This document shows positions 43,707-54,762 of a stretch of 64,000 nucleotides of DNA, piece by piece. The notes beneath the pieces were generated by a model. It saw nothing but the letters and a program-made list of their open reading frames with translations. It was not told where the DNA came from and made no database searches. The position numbers were made by a program, and so were the translations under genes. Origin of the DNA: Massalongia carnosa (Eukaryota); NCBI GenBank assembly GCA_965645245.1, contig OZ287087.1, forward strand, positions 1,054,001 to 1,118,000. The letters run 5' to 3'. Each line of letters begins with the position of its first letter. Positions within the stretch are counted from its first letter, which is position 1.

Positions 43707-46700
43707 CTATGTAATAAGTAGAAAACCCAAAGGTGAAAAACTACTCCTGCGTATCCGCTTCATCGGGGGTTCGCCGCTCCCGCGGATTGATTCCTGTATC
43801 TCGAAAATCTGCGATACCTGTTTTTCAAACTGAAGAGAGACTGCCCGGCTCTGTTCAAGCAGTTGCGTGGCAATGGAATACTGTGTTAAAATACCTGTGC
43901 GCATGAGCCACGCGGTTACTACTTTGAGAGCATTGGGTTCGGTGATTAGCTTGCGGTAGTCTGACGAGCCTGCCGTTCGTAGCATGTGCGTTCTGTGTTC
44001 GTGCAGTCTGCAGAACATGATTACATGTTTGGCTGTTTGTAAGAGGCTTCCGCAGGGACATGCCGCCGAGTTCACACCTGGGACCTTGCGCCGATATAGA
44101 AAGTTGGCAAATCCGATTTTTTCCGTTCTTATCTGTGTTGCTAGTGAGCTTTGCGCTTTGTCTAGTAACTTGTGTGCGTTAAGCCTTTTCCTGTGTATAG
44201 GCGTCTGTTGTGCGATCGTGGGATATAACGTGTGTTTTGCTTGATATGCTTTCCACTTGTTGATCCACTGATTCTCAAAGTGCTTCTTTATTATCCCGTC
44301 TCGTTGGTTCTGCGTCGTTACTTGCGCCGTGCGTTGTCTCTTCTGTGCCTCGTCGATCGTTGTCCAGGGAGGGGGAGAGGGTTGATCCAGTTTAACTGTT
44401 TTCGGTGCGTCTTTCGTCATCTTTGTAACCCATTCTCGTTTACGAGTTCCCGGTGTTTTCTCTGCGACTCGCGATTGACCTCTTTTGCCTCTGAGTTTCA
44501 CTTGAATTCTACTGCACGCCTGCTTTATAATTTTTTCCTGTTCGCTGTTCGAGATTCTAGATCTCGTTTTTGCTTGTAAGCGGTCTAGATGTTGCGTTAA
44601 GGGAGGGATGTGGGTTTCTGCCTGTAATACTTCAATTGGGGTAGCCTTGTACGCTCCGGCTATGACTCGTAAACACTTGTTTTGTATGACTTCGAGTTTG
44701 CTTCTTGATTCGACTTTGGCTTTCTTTCTTGCTTCGGCTGGCATGTGCCATGCTATCGAGCCGTGCGACATGGCGGGGCGTATCACTGCTGTGTACACGT
44801 AGCGGGCTCGTAGGAGGGTCGCCCCCCAGGTTGAGGCTGTGATTTTGGTCAGTGCCATTGTTTGTCTCGTCATTTTCTTCTGAATTTCCTTGTAATGCGC
44901 TGCCCAATCGAGTCTAGTGTCAATGTATACTCCCAGGACTCTTATCGAAGTCTTGGTCTTCAGGATCTTGCCTCTTACCGCGAAGGATGCGTCCAGGTTG
45001 AATTTCTTTGGATTCTTTGCCAGGTTTATCAGCTCGTATTTGTGTGGCGCGAATACGGAGCCGTGGCGAGCAGCCCATCGTTCGCAGTCGTTGTGTATTT
45101 TTTCCAGCGTTTTGCAATTCTCTTCGGTGGACTTTCCGTACGGCAGTATATTGACGTCGTCTGCGAAACCCATGCCCGCTGCGTTGGTACCTGGTCTATT
45201 GCAAATATCGAGTAAGTCTGCATTATAAAAGAGATATAGAATGGGAGACAAAGGAGATCCTTGCGGAATTCCTATACTCAGCTGGAATGCGTTGGTTGTT
45301 CGTTGATTGATAGTGAGAGTGGTTTCTCTTTCCTTGAGGAAGCTTTCTTTCCATTTCGTGATCCATTCCGGAATTTTTCTCTTTCTCAGATTATGAATGA
45401 GCCTACGATGTGAAACCGTATCCAAGGCGCCTGAGACGTCGATACTAAGAAGCGATGCTACTTTGTCTTTCCCTTGATTCCAGACCGTGTGTACCTGCTC
45501 CGTGAGTAGTTCGAGCGCTGTGTCCGTTGCGCGGCCTGGTCTTGCTCCCATTTGCGTGTCTGGAATTAATCTGAGTTTTTCCGTTAAATAGCTTATTTTC
45601 CTTGCTATAATGGATTCTAGCATTTTTCCAAGCGTGTTTAGGAGCGCAATGGGTCTCCACGCCTTAGGATCCGCGTAATTACTCTTTCCTGGTTTCTTCA
45701 GCGTGATGGTGTTGGCGGTTTTGAACGCTCGAGGATGATAACCCTGCTCTGCGCAGGCCTGGAACAGTGGTGTCAGCAACTTGATCAGATTTTCCGAGTA
45801 TGCCTTGAGAATTCTATTTGTGATCCCGTCCGGACCGGGTGCCTTGTCTGGTTTCGACCTACGAAGCGCTGCCGCCACTTCTTCTTTCGTGATCAGGATG
45901 GGGTAGTCTGGGGTTTGCGGGTACGTGTATCCTACGATGTCGCTGAGATCTGCGTCCGGGGGTAGGGGGAAGAAAGATTTCTTTAGTATTTTCGCTTTCT
46001 CTTCGAAGGTATTGGCTATCGTATTAGGGTCCTGGGTTGTGGCCAGGGGGGGCATTTTTGGGATTTCTCTGGGGGCGTCACTTTTGTTTTTACCCCACTT
46101 TGCTAGACGGAAGAGTCCGGATTGGGAAGTTGTGATTGTGGCTATTTGCTGTTTGAAGCAGAGATTTTTTGCTTTACCGATAATTTTTTGTTTCTTATCG
46201 TTTGCTTTAACGTAGTTTTTCCAATCCGCTAGGTTTCTTTCCGCGGTCCAGATTCTTCGTAGCCTACGAGTCTCTCTTGTTGCGTCGTCGCATTCCTTAT
46301 TCCAAAAGGGTTTCGCCTCCGGGCTTGGTCTGGCCCATGGTACTGCTTTATCTACGATTTCCTTGAGGTAATCCTGGATTTCCTTGGTATATTGATCGAT
46401 TTCCTCGATGCTGTGCGGCATGCGTGGTGCGGGGGTTCTTTTATCAATTTCTTTTACCTTGTCCATGTTTAGAAGTTTCCAGGCCCTTCGTGGGAGCTTT
46501 GTCAGGGGTTCGCAGGAGAGCCGCAGTCTCGTTGAAATCGGTATATGATCGGAATCTTGATTCATCTCCGGGACCGTGGTGCAGTGTTCTAATCTCTCCG
46601 TTAAATCTTCTGTCATGAACACCAGATCAATGGTGCTGGTCGAGTTTCTTGCTTCCCATGTAATTGTTCCACTTGGAAGTGTGAGAGAGAGATTTTTGTT

Positions 46701-47231
46701 TTCTATAATGTCCAGCAGTTGTTCGGACGCCTCGTGCTGTCCTCGTACCCCTGCTCCACCCCAGTATGGGTGATGGAGATTGAAGTCTCCTAGAAGAATA
46801 TGCTCTCCGGGGTCTTGTAATTGGTGTAATACGGTCGATAGGGTGGACGGGCTAGTTATCGAGGAAGTGGATAAGGGCGATGGATTGTATACGTTTTGTA
46901 TGTGAATCATTTTTGTTCCGTTTCCGATTTCTACTTTAATTTTCAATGTGCTCATATCCTTTGACGGGTATTCCACTTCCCAGCTTTCTGGGTCTATTTT
47001 GTTATTGATATAAAAGCAAACTCGCGTGTCGCCCCCTGGTTTATAAAGAAGATGGAACCCACTTTGATAGGGGTTAAGAAGTAGGGACGTCGTAGGGTTT
47101 TTCCACGGTTCTTGAATAGCTATGATGTCGAAATCCTGTGTTCTTTTATCTGACAGCAAGGGTATCAGTGTGCCTTTTGCACTTTTCCTGACATTGTACT
47201 GCAGTATCGTAAGGGTTTCTGTGTTCTTCAT
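43707..47231 (-). CDS. LINE-B ORF2 (APE endonuclease, RT, C-terminal CCHC; no RNase H seen), 1174 aa
   Basis: ILQYNV, IQEPW, LGDFNLHH, SDH; KAPGPDG, WRPIALLN, PQGSPLSP, FADD; CPCG...HVIMFC. Confidence 0.95.
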   Translation of the reverse strand: MKNTETLTILQYNVRKSAKGTLIPLLSDKRTQDFDIIAIQEPWKNPTTSLLLNPYQSGFHLLYKPGGDTRVCFYINNKIDPESWEVEYPSKDMSTLKIKVEIGNGTKMIHIQNVYNPSPLSTSSITSPSTLSTVLHQLQDPGEHILLGDFNLHHPYWGGAGVRGQHEASEQLLDIIENKNLSLTLPSGTITWEARNSTSTIDLVFMTEDLTERLEHCTTVPEMNQDSDHIPISTRLRLSCEPLTKLPRRAWKLLNMDKVKEIDKRTPAPRMPHSIEEIDQYTKEIQDYLKEIVDKAVPWARPSPEAKPFWNKECDDATRETRRLRRIWTAERNLADWKNYVKANDKKQKIIGKAKNLCFKQQIATITTSQSGLFRLAKWGKNKSDAPREIPKMPPLATTQDPNTIANTFEEKAKILKKSFFPLPPDADLSDIVGYTYPQTPDYPILITKEEVAAALRRSKPDKAPGPDGITNRILKAYSENLIKLLTPLFQACAEQGYHPRAFKTANTITLKKPGKSNYADPKAWRPIALLNTLGKMLESIIARKISYLTEKLRLIPDTQMGARPGRATDTALELLTEQVHTVWNQGKDKVASLLSIDVSGALDTVSHRRLIHNLRKRKIPEWITKWKESFLKERETTLTINQRTTNAFQLSIGIPQGSPLSPILYLFYNADLLDICNRPGTNAAGMGFADDVNILPYGKSTEENCKTLEKIHNDCERWAARHGSVFAPHKYELINLAKNPKKFNLDASFAVRGKILKTKTSIRVLGVYIDTRLDWAAHYKEIQKKMTRQTMALTKITASTWGATLLRARYVYTAVIRPAMSHGSIAWHMPAEARKKAKVESRSKLEVIQNKCLRVIAGAYKATPIEVLQAETHIPPLTQHLDRLQAKTRSRISNSEQEKIIKQACSRIQVKLRGKRGQSRVAEKTPGTRKREWVTKMTKDAPKTVKLDQPSPPPWTTIDEAQKRQRTAQVTTQNQRDGIIKKHFENQWINKWKAYQAKHTLYPTIAQQTPIHRKRLNAHKLLDKAQSSLATQIRTEKIGFANFLYRRKVPGVNSAACPCGSLLQTAKHVIMFCRLHEHRTHMLRTAGSSDYRKLITEPNALKVVTAWLMRTGILTQYSIATQLLEQSRAVSLQFEKQVSQIFEIQESIRGSGEPPMKRIRRSSFSPLGFLLIT

Positions 47232-48859
47232 AGCATTCTTTCGTTGAGTTGTACCTCGTTGGTGTTTCTTGCTCTAGTCATCGGACGTCCTCTTTTCGGT
47301 TTGGCGAAGACCGACTCTCTGTTTTCTGGGTTTATTATTTTTGCCCTCGTCGACCCCCATTCTTCCCTCCCTCGTAGAATCCTCCGTTCTTGTGCTTCTT
47401 GTGGTGATAACGAGCGCGACCGAGTGACTCTCAGTTCTCTAATTGATCTCGCACTTTCTTTTCTCTTACTTATCGTCTTCGTAGTTTCTGTCATTTCCAC
47501 TTCGTTTTCCGCCTTTTCTCCTTCCTGCGGCTCCGCCTCGTTGGTGATGTGTGTCGATGGGAACTCGTTTTGTGAGGCGTCGGTGGGTTTGTTTGATTGG
47601 TGTTGTTGATTCCCATGACCTGCTTCGGTTTCGTCCTCGACTACGACTTCCATACGCCCCCCCTGCGCTTGGCTGAGGATTGATTTATTTCCTTTGGGTG
47701 GGGGCGGCACTGCGTACAAGCGCCGGCGTGATTCTCTTGTGATTTCCGTGCGGTGTTTTTTCTCTTTCCTGACTTGGCATTCCGCTGCCCACGCTGGGTG
47801 TCCCTTGTCCCCGCACACTGCGCATCGTAGGAACCTTCCGGTTCTGCTGCATGGGCAGTTTCTGCTGTCGTGCCTTCCGACGCAGTACCCGCAGACGGTG
47901 GGATTTTTGCAAAACTTCGCGATGTGTCCGTATTGCTGACAATTGAAGCATTGCGTGAGCTTGCAGCCGGCTTCGAAGAGCTCGCATGTTTTTATTTCCC
48001 CTTCGTCCGCCAGTCCTACGAGGATCAAACGATTGGCCATTTCTGCAGTTTCTACCTCGATGTGTAACGAGGCGTAGCGCTTGTTTTTTTTGCGGGCTCT
48101 GGCGCTCCAGGCTACTCGATTGATTTTCAGTCCTTCATGCAATCCTGCGTTTTCCTTTGTCAAGTATTCCAATGCTTTCGCTTGCTTTGACCCTCTGACT
48201 TCGTTCATTTTTACTCCGTGAGCTAGAATTGCATAGCCTTCTTTGCGTATCGTCGCTGATGCAGCAACTCTCTTTACCTAATCCGAGTGTGCTTGCAAGG
48301 TTTCCTTGACTTCCGGTGTTTTTACGTGAATTTTTAGATCTCCAATTGGTAGTCGTCGGATGCCCGTCACCTCTTCGTTAGAGACACGTAGGGCGTCTAC
48401 TATTTCCTTTGTGCTCATTTTAACTAGGGCTTCCTGCTCCTTGGGGTCTTCTATTCTCACTATGATTTCCTTCATTTTTCTCTTCTCTCTGAGGATGTTT
48501 TCCTCGTTGAGGCCTTGATTCTTCACTTCGGTTACCTGTCCGCTTTTACGCTTTCCTGCTGCGACCGCCGCGTAGCTGAGAGCCTTGCCGTTATTCTCGC
48601 CCTGTTTTTCTATCTTCTTCAATCTTTGCTGAATATCCTGCAATATATCTTGAAAATTTTCCTTCGTCGACGCGTCGAGCGCCTCGCGTTCCGATGAAGT
48701 TTTTTCTATGAACTCAACAAGATCGAGTATCCAACGCCTCGCCTCCGCGCCGGCTACAATCACATCTGCTCTTTCCAGAAATTCTCTTGCTTTGCTTGTT
48801 AGCTCGTGAGTTTCACTTATCTCTTGCCCTTGGGCTTCGAAACTCGTTGTCGTATTCAT
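47228..48859 (-). pseudogene. LINE-B ORF1 with a single in-frame TAG at 48280-48278
   Basis: ORFs 48278..48859 and 47228..48208 are in the same frame; knuckles CFNCQQYGHIAKFC, CGYCVGRHDSRNC, CAVCGDKGHPAWAAEC. Confidence 0.9.
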
Positions 48860-49488
48860 TTTCCGTTCTTTTCCTAATCGAATCTCTCAATTCTCGTGAT
48901 TTTGTCATTGACAATGAATTTAATCAAAATGTCATTTCCGATTTTTGTATTAAACAAAATATTCAAGTTGATCGTAGTATCCATATTTTGTTTCATGTTT
49001 TGAATTTCATCGAAATAGTGAATGCAATTCTATAACAAGTGTTCTGGCGTTTGTCGTTGATTGCATCGATTTGTACATTTTGACGAATTATAATCTTTCA
49101 ATCGCTGTAAATATGACCGAAAATAGCCGTGTCCGAATTATAATTGCATAATAGTAGCAAATATCAATTTGGAACAGTTGTTTGATAAATAATAAAATCT
49201 TAATATGCCAGGTTTCATTTCGCATTTCTCGTAGTATTTCCCTTTTGATTTGCATTGTTGCCATTGATTCGTTTATGTGGTTAGCATATTTTGATTTATT
49301 TAATCTTTTACATAATCAAATGTTATCGACGAGGACTCGACTAGGATTTGATTATGGCCCGTCTTTGCTATTTTATCTGTAATTTCGTTTTCGGTAATAT
49401 TTGAATGACTCGGAACCCATTGCAAAATCACCTGAAAATTGCTTTCAAATAAGAGTTTTGCGAGCTTTCGAATTTGTCTTGCAAAAAT

Positions 49489-49822
49489 TATAAAGTTCAG
49501 ACTGGAATCGGGTGAAGATGCTACTGGTGTCAGCAGCAGACAAATACGTAAGATGAGACATAATTGGGAACATTTCAGTAAGGTTGCAAAACCTCAGCTT
49601 GCTACTGGCCAGCGCAAGAAAATGAATCAACAACAAATCGATCAACTACTCGTGTATCTGGATCAGAGACCTACCTCTTATTTGGACGAGATGTGCTGTT
49701 TTTTGTATGATGAATTCGATGTCTTGGTGAGCGAGTCTACGGTTTCTCGAACTCTTAAGCAGATGGCCTGGAATCGAAAGATGGCCATTCGTATAGCACA
49801 ACAACGCAACCAATCTTTGCGT
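49489..49822 (+). pseudogene. Fragment of an IS630/Tc1/mariner-like transposase (N-terminal DNA-binding region)
   Basis: GQRKKM...LDQRPTSYLDEM..FLYDEFDVLVSESTVSRTLKQMAWNRK...AQQRNQSLR resembles the HTH region of fungal Tc1-like transposases; no DDE domain or TIR seen. Confidence 0.7.
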
Positions 49823-50253
49823 GGTAAACGTAGACGTGATGAAAGATCAAGAATACGGGCATTTAAAACTGGTGATGATGATCTAGGAGGATTGATCCTA
49901 AGCATTTGTTTAAATGAAGGTGCTGAGTTCCGAGGTAATTCAGTAGTAGATGCCCGTTTTCATGATTATTTGGAGGGCTGTTTGGGGGGCTGTTTTGAAG
50001 GCTGTTTAGGAGGCTGTTTTCGAGGCATGATGGCTGGAATAACTACGTTGAAAGTTCATATAAACGACAATCAAAAGGATATCATTAACCGTACTATCCT
50101 ATAGACTGTAAAGGGCATTGTGAAGGGGAGGAAGGCTATTAACTACTGCACCAAATTCTGGTGTTTGGTCCAATTCTGTCGCTTATTTTTTTTTTTTTTT
50201 TTACCGCGCAGTTTCGGGGTTCAAAGTTCGGCACACCATTTTGCAAACGGGTG

Positions 50254-53200
50254 TAACTGGTAAAACATGTGATTCAATTTCCATCCCCTGAACAGGTGTG
50301 GTTTTGAAAGTTCCTAAAATCTTTCGAATCATTTGATTTTGTAGGTTCTGAAATAGTTTTTCATATTTCTTTTGACCATTATACCAAATTTCTGAGCCGT
50401 AGTCCGAAATAGGAATAATGTATGACATATAGAGCTGTCTGCATGCGGTCCGTTTCAGACCCCATTCGGATTTCATCAAATTCTGAATTGCAAAAAACGA
50501 TCGATTCGCAGAAGAGATCCGCGTTTCGACGTATTTTTTGAAATTTAGTTTTCGGTCTAACCAGACGCCTAACCATTTGACTACATTATTCGGTTCTAGT
50601 ATTGTCCCGTTTGGTAATTCCAATGTGTCATTCGATACATTTCTTGTCTTTTCGAAGTGAATCAGCTCGGATTTATCGTCATCAAATTTGACATTATTCG
50701 ATGCGGCCCAATCAAAGGCCGTTTTGACTATGATTTCGATTTCATTGCAATTCTGTTTGGCAGTTTTATTTTCGACATATATTGCAACATCGTCAATAAA
50801 ACTGGGAGAATGTGTATTGAATTTCATTCGTATTTTCGGAAACCAGTGACGAATGTAAATCAGAAATAGAATAGGCGAGATTGGTGAGCCTTGTGGAATT
50901 CCTGATTCGACATAATATGTTTTGATTAAATTTTCATCAAATATCAAATTGATCGATCGTTTTGTCATGAAATGCTTGACCCATTGAATTATTATGCGAG
51001 ATAATTTCAGCTTTTTCATATTATTTAGCAGTTGATTAATCGAGACAAAGTCAAATGCGCCTTTGACATCGAGTAATAAACATGATAAGACGTTTTTATT
51101 TCTATTTGCAATTTCAATATCATGAACAACGTTCATTACTGCGTCAATTGAAGAATGATTTTTGCGTCCGCCCACCTGTTCAATATCGAGTAAATTCGAA
51201 TTTTCGCCGGAGTAGGCTAGTCGATTTGCAACGATTTTATCAGCAATTTTACCAAGACAATTTAGTAATGTGATAATTCGATATGATTTTGGAAACGAAT
51301 AGTCCGATTTATTAGGTTTTTTCAGAACTGCACCGAGTCCTGTCCGCCAGGATAACGGGTGATAACCGATTCGAATGAATTTCGAATAAATCATGAAAAA
51401 CACGTTTTTCAACGATTGAAACGATTTTTGAACAATTGTAAAATTGATTGCATCAGGTCCACATGCTTTCTTCGGATTAAATAAACTAATCGCATTTTTC
51501 AACTCGTTTTCGGTCAAATCTGGCCAATTATCATCATTTTCGCTGTATTGATTTGATAAATCTTCCTCATTATCGTCAATAAATGGGTTTTTTGTATACA
51601 TTGCTGACACAAATGCATCGCATTTGTCATCAAACTGTACATTTAGCTTGTTTTCATGTAGAATCGGCGGTATTTTTTCGAATATGCGCGGTTTAGTGTA
51701 TTTATACGCGGTAAATACATCTTTATTTGCTGCATTTTCTAGAAAAGTCAGCCATGTTTGTTGTTTTGCTTTTCGAATTGCTTGAAAATACTCGATTCGA
51801 CTATGTTTAAACGTCCGATGACTAAAATTGGACGGATAATTCTTCCATTCTCGACGATGTCTGCACATGGTTTTTCGAAGTTTGGTTAAATCTTGCGACC
51901 ACCAATTTTTCGATTTTGCACAAATTTTCGTTTTCGGAATAAACATTTCAGCCGCGTTTTTGATAACGTTTTGCAAATATATCGCTGATTCGTCGAATTG
52001 ATGATTATTCAATAAATTTGAACTTGTGATTCGTAGATCGTTGAATTTTCGTCTAGATACTTCGCGAATTTATTCCAATCGGCTTTATTGCAATTGTATT
52101 TATACGATAATGCGGTTGCATGTGACTTCAAGTTTTTGAAAGATGAGATTAGTTCAAATCGGATGACTTCATGATCAGAACCTGTGACTGCGTTTTCATC
52201 GATTGACCAATTTGTAATTGCATATTCGATTTTAGAATTTGCAAAAGTTAAATCAATAACAGATGAAGAACTTCTAGAATGGGCGTAGTATGTACATAAG
52301 TCAGGTTTGTTTATCAAACTACACCTGTTTAATTTCAACCATTTGACAAGATTTTCTGATCGAATTCCTTGTTGAATTTTCGAATTCCACCAGTTATGAT
52401 GTGCATTGAAATCTCCACAGATGACGAATTGATCAGTTGATTAAGGTTGTAATTGGATTAAAAGTCGATCGATCGTGTATGTTTCTCGATCACTTTGACT
52501 TTTTTCGTTATAAATATTGAAAATCTGCACTTTTCGAACTTCATCAATTGTAATTTCAATAATTTGCATATCGGAATCGTCAATAAGATCCGTTCTAGGC
52601 GTGCATTGCAGTTTGGAATTGCCATTTGTGATAAATATAGCTACTCTCGAGCGATAAGTCGCTATTTTTGGCATAATACATGTAAATGACGGATGTGATA
52701 TTGTTTTTTGATCTCGTGTCCATGGTTCCTGAAACAAAACAATATCAATTTGATTTGATAAAGCATATTCCAAACACGATATCATTGCATTCGTTGACTT
52801 TGCAAAATTATATTGAATAAATTTAACATTTTGTGTATTTTCGATGTTTATCAACGAATGCTGTCCTGCCATTACAAAGCGGCTAATTCGCTAGTCGATT
52901 TACGAACATTTAACGATATAACCATTTCACAATTTTCATCATTTGATTGATGATTCTTGTTGCAATTCGCGCATTTGACGACGACGTGTGCACAAGCAAT
53001 TTTTGACTTGCATGTTGTGCAATCATGATTGCGTGTTTCATGGTTTTGCGCACCTATGCTGCATTTCGCTTGACTTTTGCATTGATAATGATTGTGTCCA
53101 AATTTTTGACAATTAATGCATTGTGTGTTTGGACAAACGGAGGTAAATATTTCCGTGTCACAATGTCGGCCCGCGATATTGACTTCTTTTAACGCGTTCA

Positions 53201-53398
53201 AGGCCATATTTCGATCATTGAATGTCAAAACACCGGATGATTTTATCTTGTTACGACGATCACGTGCTAGCCATCTGGGAACATCGCATAATTGCATGTT
53301 CGAATTGAACTTTTTAATTTCGTCTTGCAAATATTGCATGTTTTCATCAAATGTCGCAATATTTACACCGTGTGCGACGACTTTGAACCACGATTCGT
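50254..53398 (-). mobile_element. LINE-A internal fragment (ORF1 C-terminus, ORF2 APE-RT)
   Basis: ORFs 52872..53462, 52441..52872, 52009..52338, 50201..52012; TAATG overlap at 52874-52870. Confidence 0.92.
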
Positions 53399-54762
53399 AC
53401 TGTCCTCTCGGGCTATGCAGACGGTCTCCGTACGGTGGCCGCCATTGCATACCACGCCTCACGGGTTTTTTACGCCCACTTCGCGTTATTTATAAAGGTC
53501 TCCCGTTTATGAACCGACCATGTCTCGCAGGGATTTCGACCACTATGCTCCTGACCAGGCAGTATAGCATCGATTTTCCGTCCCTACTAACCAAAACGAG
53601 TCGAGGAAAACTCGGAGGGGTGCTCGTTTGAAATTCGTCTATTAGCTCAGGGCCTAGACTGTTATAAATTAACGGGTTCCTCGTATATTGCCCTCTTCTT
53701 GTCCCAAGGGTGTCCTATTTGATGACTAGGTTGCCACCACCATGCCCGGTACGACTCCGGTTCGGGCCGTGTTGCTCACGGTAGCCATTAATCGGATAGT
53801 TTTCATAACCCAAATCCCTTGTATGGTGTAGGGTGTGACCCTAACATCAACTCTCTACTGGCAAAGATAACCTATCGAAACACAAGTACCGCAACTTTTG
53901 GTACTCTAAAACTTTTACAGTCAATTAAATTTCTCTTTCTCAGTCATTTGAGCTCCTCCAGAGCAAAACCAGACTCAGATTGAGTGTAGGAGAGCTCTAG
54001 CAAAGCTCCAGCAGAGATTTTCTGCTGGTCGCACGCGACAGACGTGATAAAGCGCGCTCAAGAAGTTATAAAAAACACCAAATACCAACAATATCACCAA
54101 AAATCGCTCTTTTTTCTCACTTTCTTCTGTTCTGTTGTCGCATTACCCTCAATTATTACTACAAGAATTATCTACAAAAAATATCTACTGTCGCGGTACT
54201 GTACAACAACTGTCGCGACGACCAACTTTTTTGAAGTTCATTTCTCATTTAAGGTTACGGGAACTTCCGCAAGCTCAAATATTCACAGTATATTTCACGT
54301 ATAATTTCTGCATATACCATTTTAGGCTTTATCGATCTCCATTGAACGGCCGGTCAACAGATCACTGAAAAGAAGGGGAAAAACGTCTGGAATAGGATTA
54401 TACCAAAGATCCTATTTCAGATTAATCAGAATAGGAAGTCTCTTATTATCTTACCTTGCCTTAGATCTATTTTTATCGCAAAAAAGCAAAAAAAAACCGT
54501 TCATTATTTTCAACTATTGTAGTGTCTGGTAAAGGGTTAAATAAGATTTACTGCCTAAGCGAGGAACGGTCTATTTTAACCCGATTAGGATTTATTTGAC
54601 GAGTTATTGTCATATAAATAGGGATAGGAAAGCAAGAGTCGTTAGACCTGTAAATTGGTGTAAATTTCTATTCTGATTAGTACGTCCGGGGAACATCAGA
54701 ATAAATTATTTGGTGGTGATAAAAGGGATATTGAAAAGGCATATCGATTTATTTATTAAATC

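Larger units (their letters stand above)
43628..48893 (-). mobile_element. LINE-B: Tad1-clade-like non-LTR retrotransposon with 12-bp TSD and (ATCAA)n tail
   Basis: TSD TCGTGATTTTGT at 43616-43627 and 48894-48905; two ORFs overlapping by ATGA; GC-rich stem near the 3' end (~43668-43685). Confidence 0.96.
43305..49488 (-). mobile_element. LINE-A 3' fragment split by the LINE-B insertion (pieces 43305-43627 and 48894-49488)
   Basis: LINE-A sequence is continuous across the TCGTGATTTTGT duplication. Confidence 0.9.

Noticed and set aside
49439..50104. 221-aa ORF as a single gene
   Set aside because: Chimeric read-through of antisense LINE, Tc1-like fragment and an unrelated fragment
53116..53631. 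171-aa ORF across the LINE/unknown-repeat junction
   Set aside because: Antisense to LINE ORF1 fused by chance to non-coding repeat
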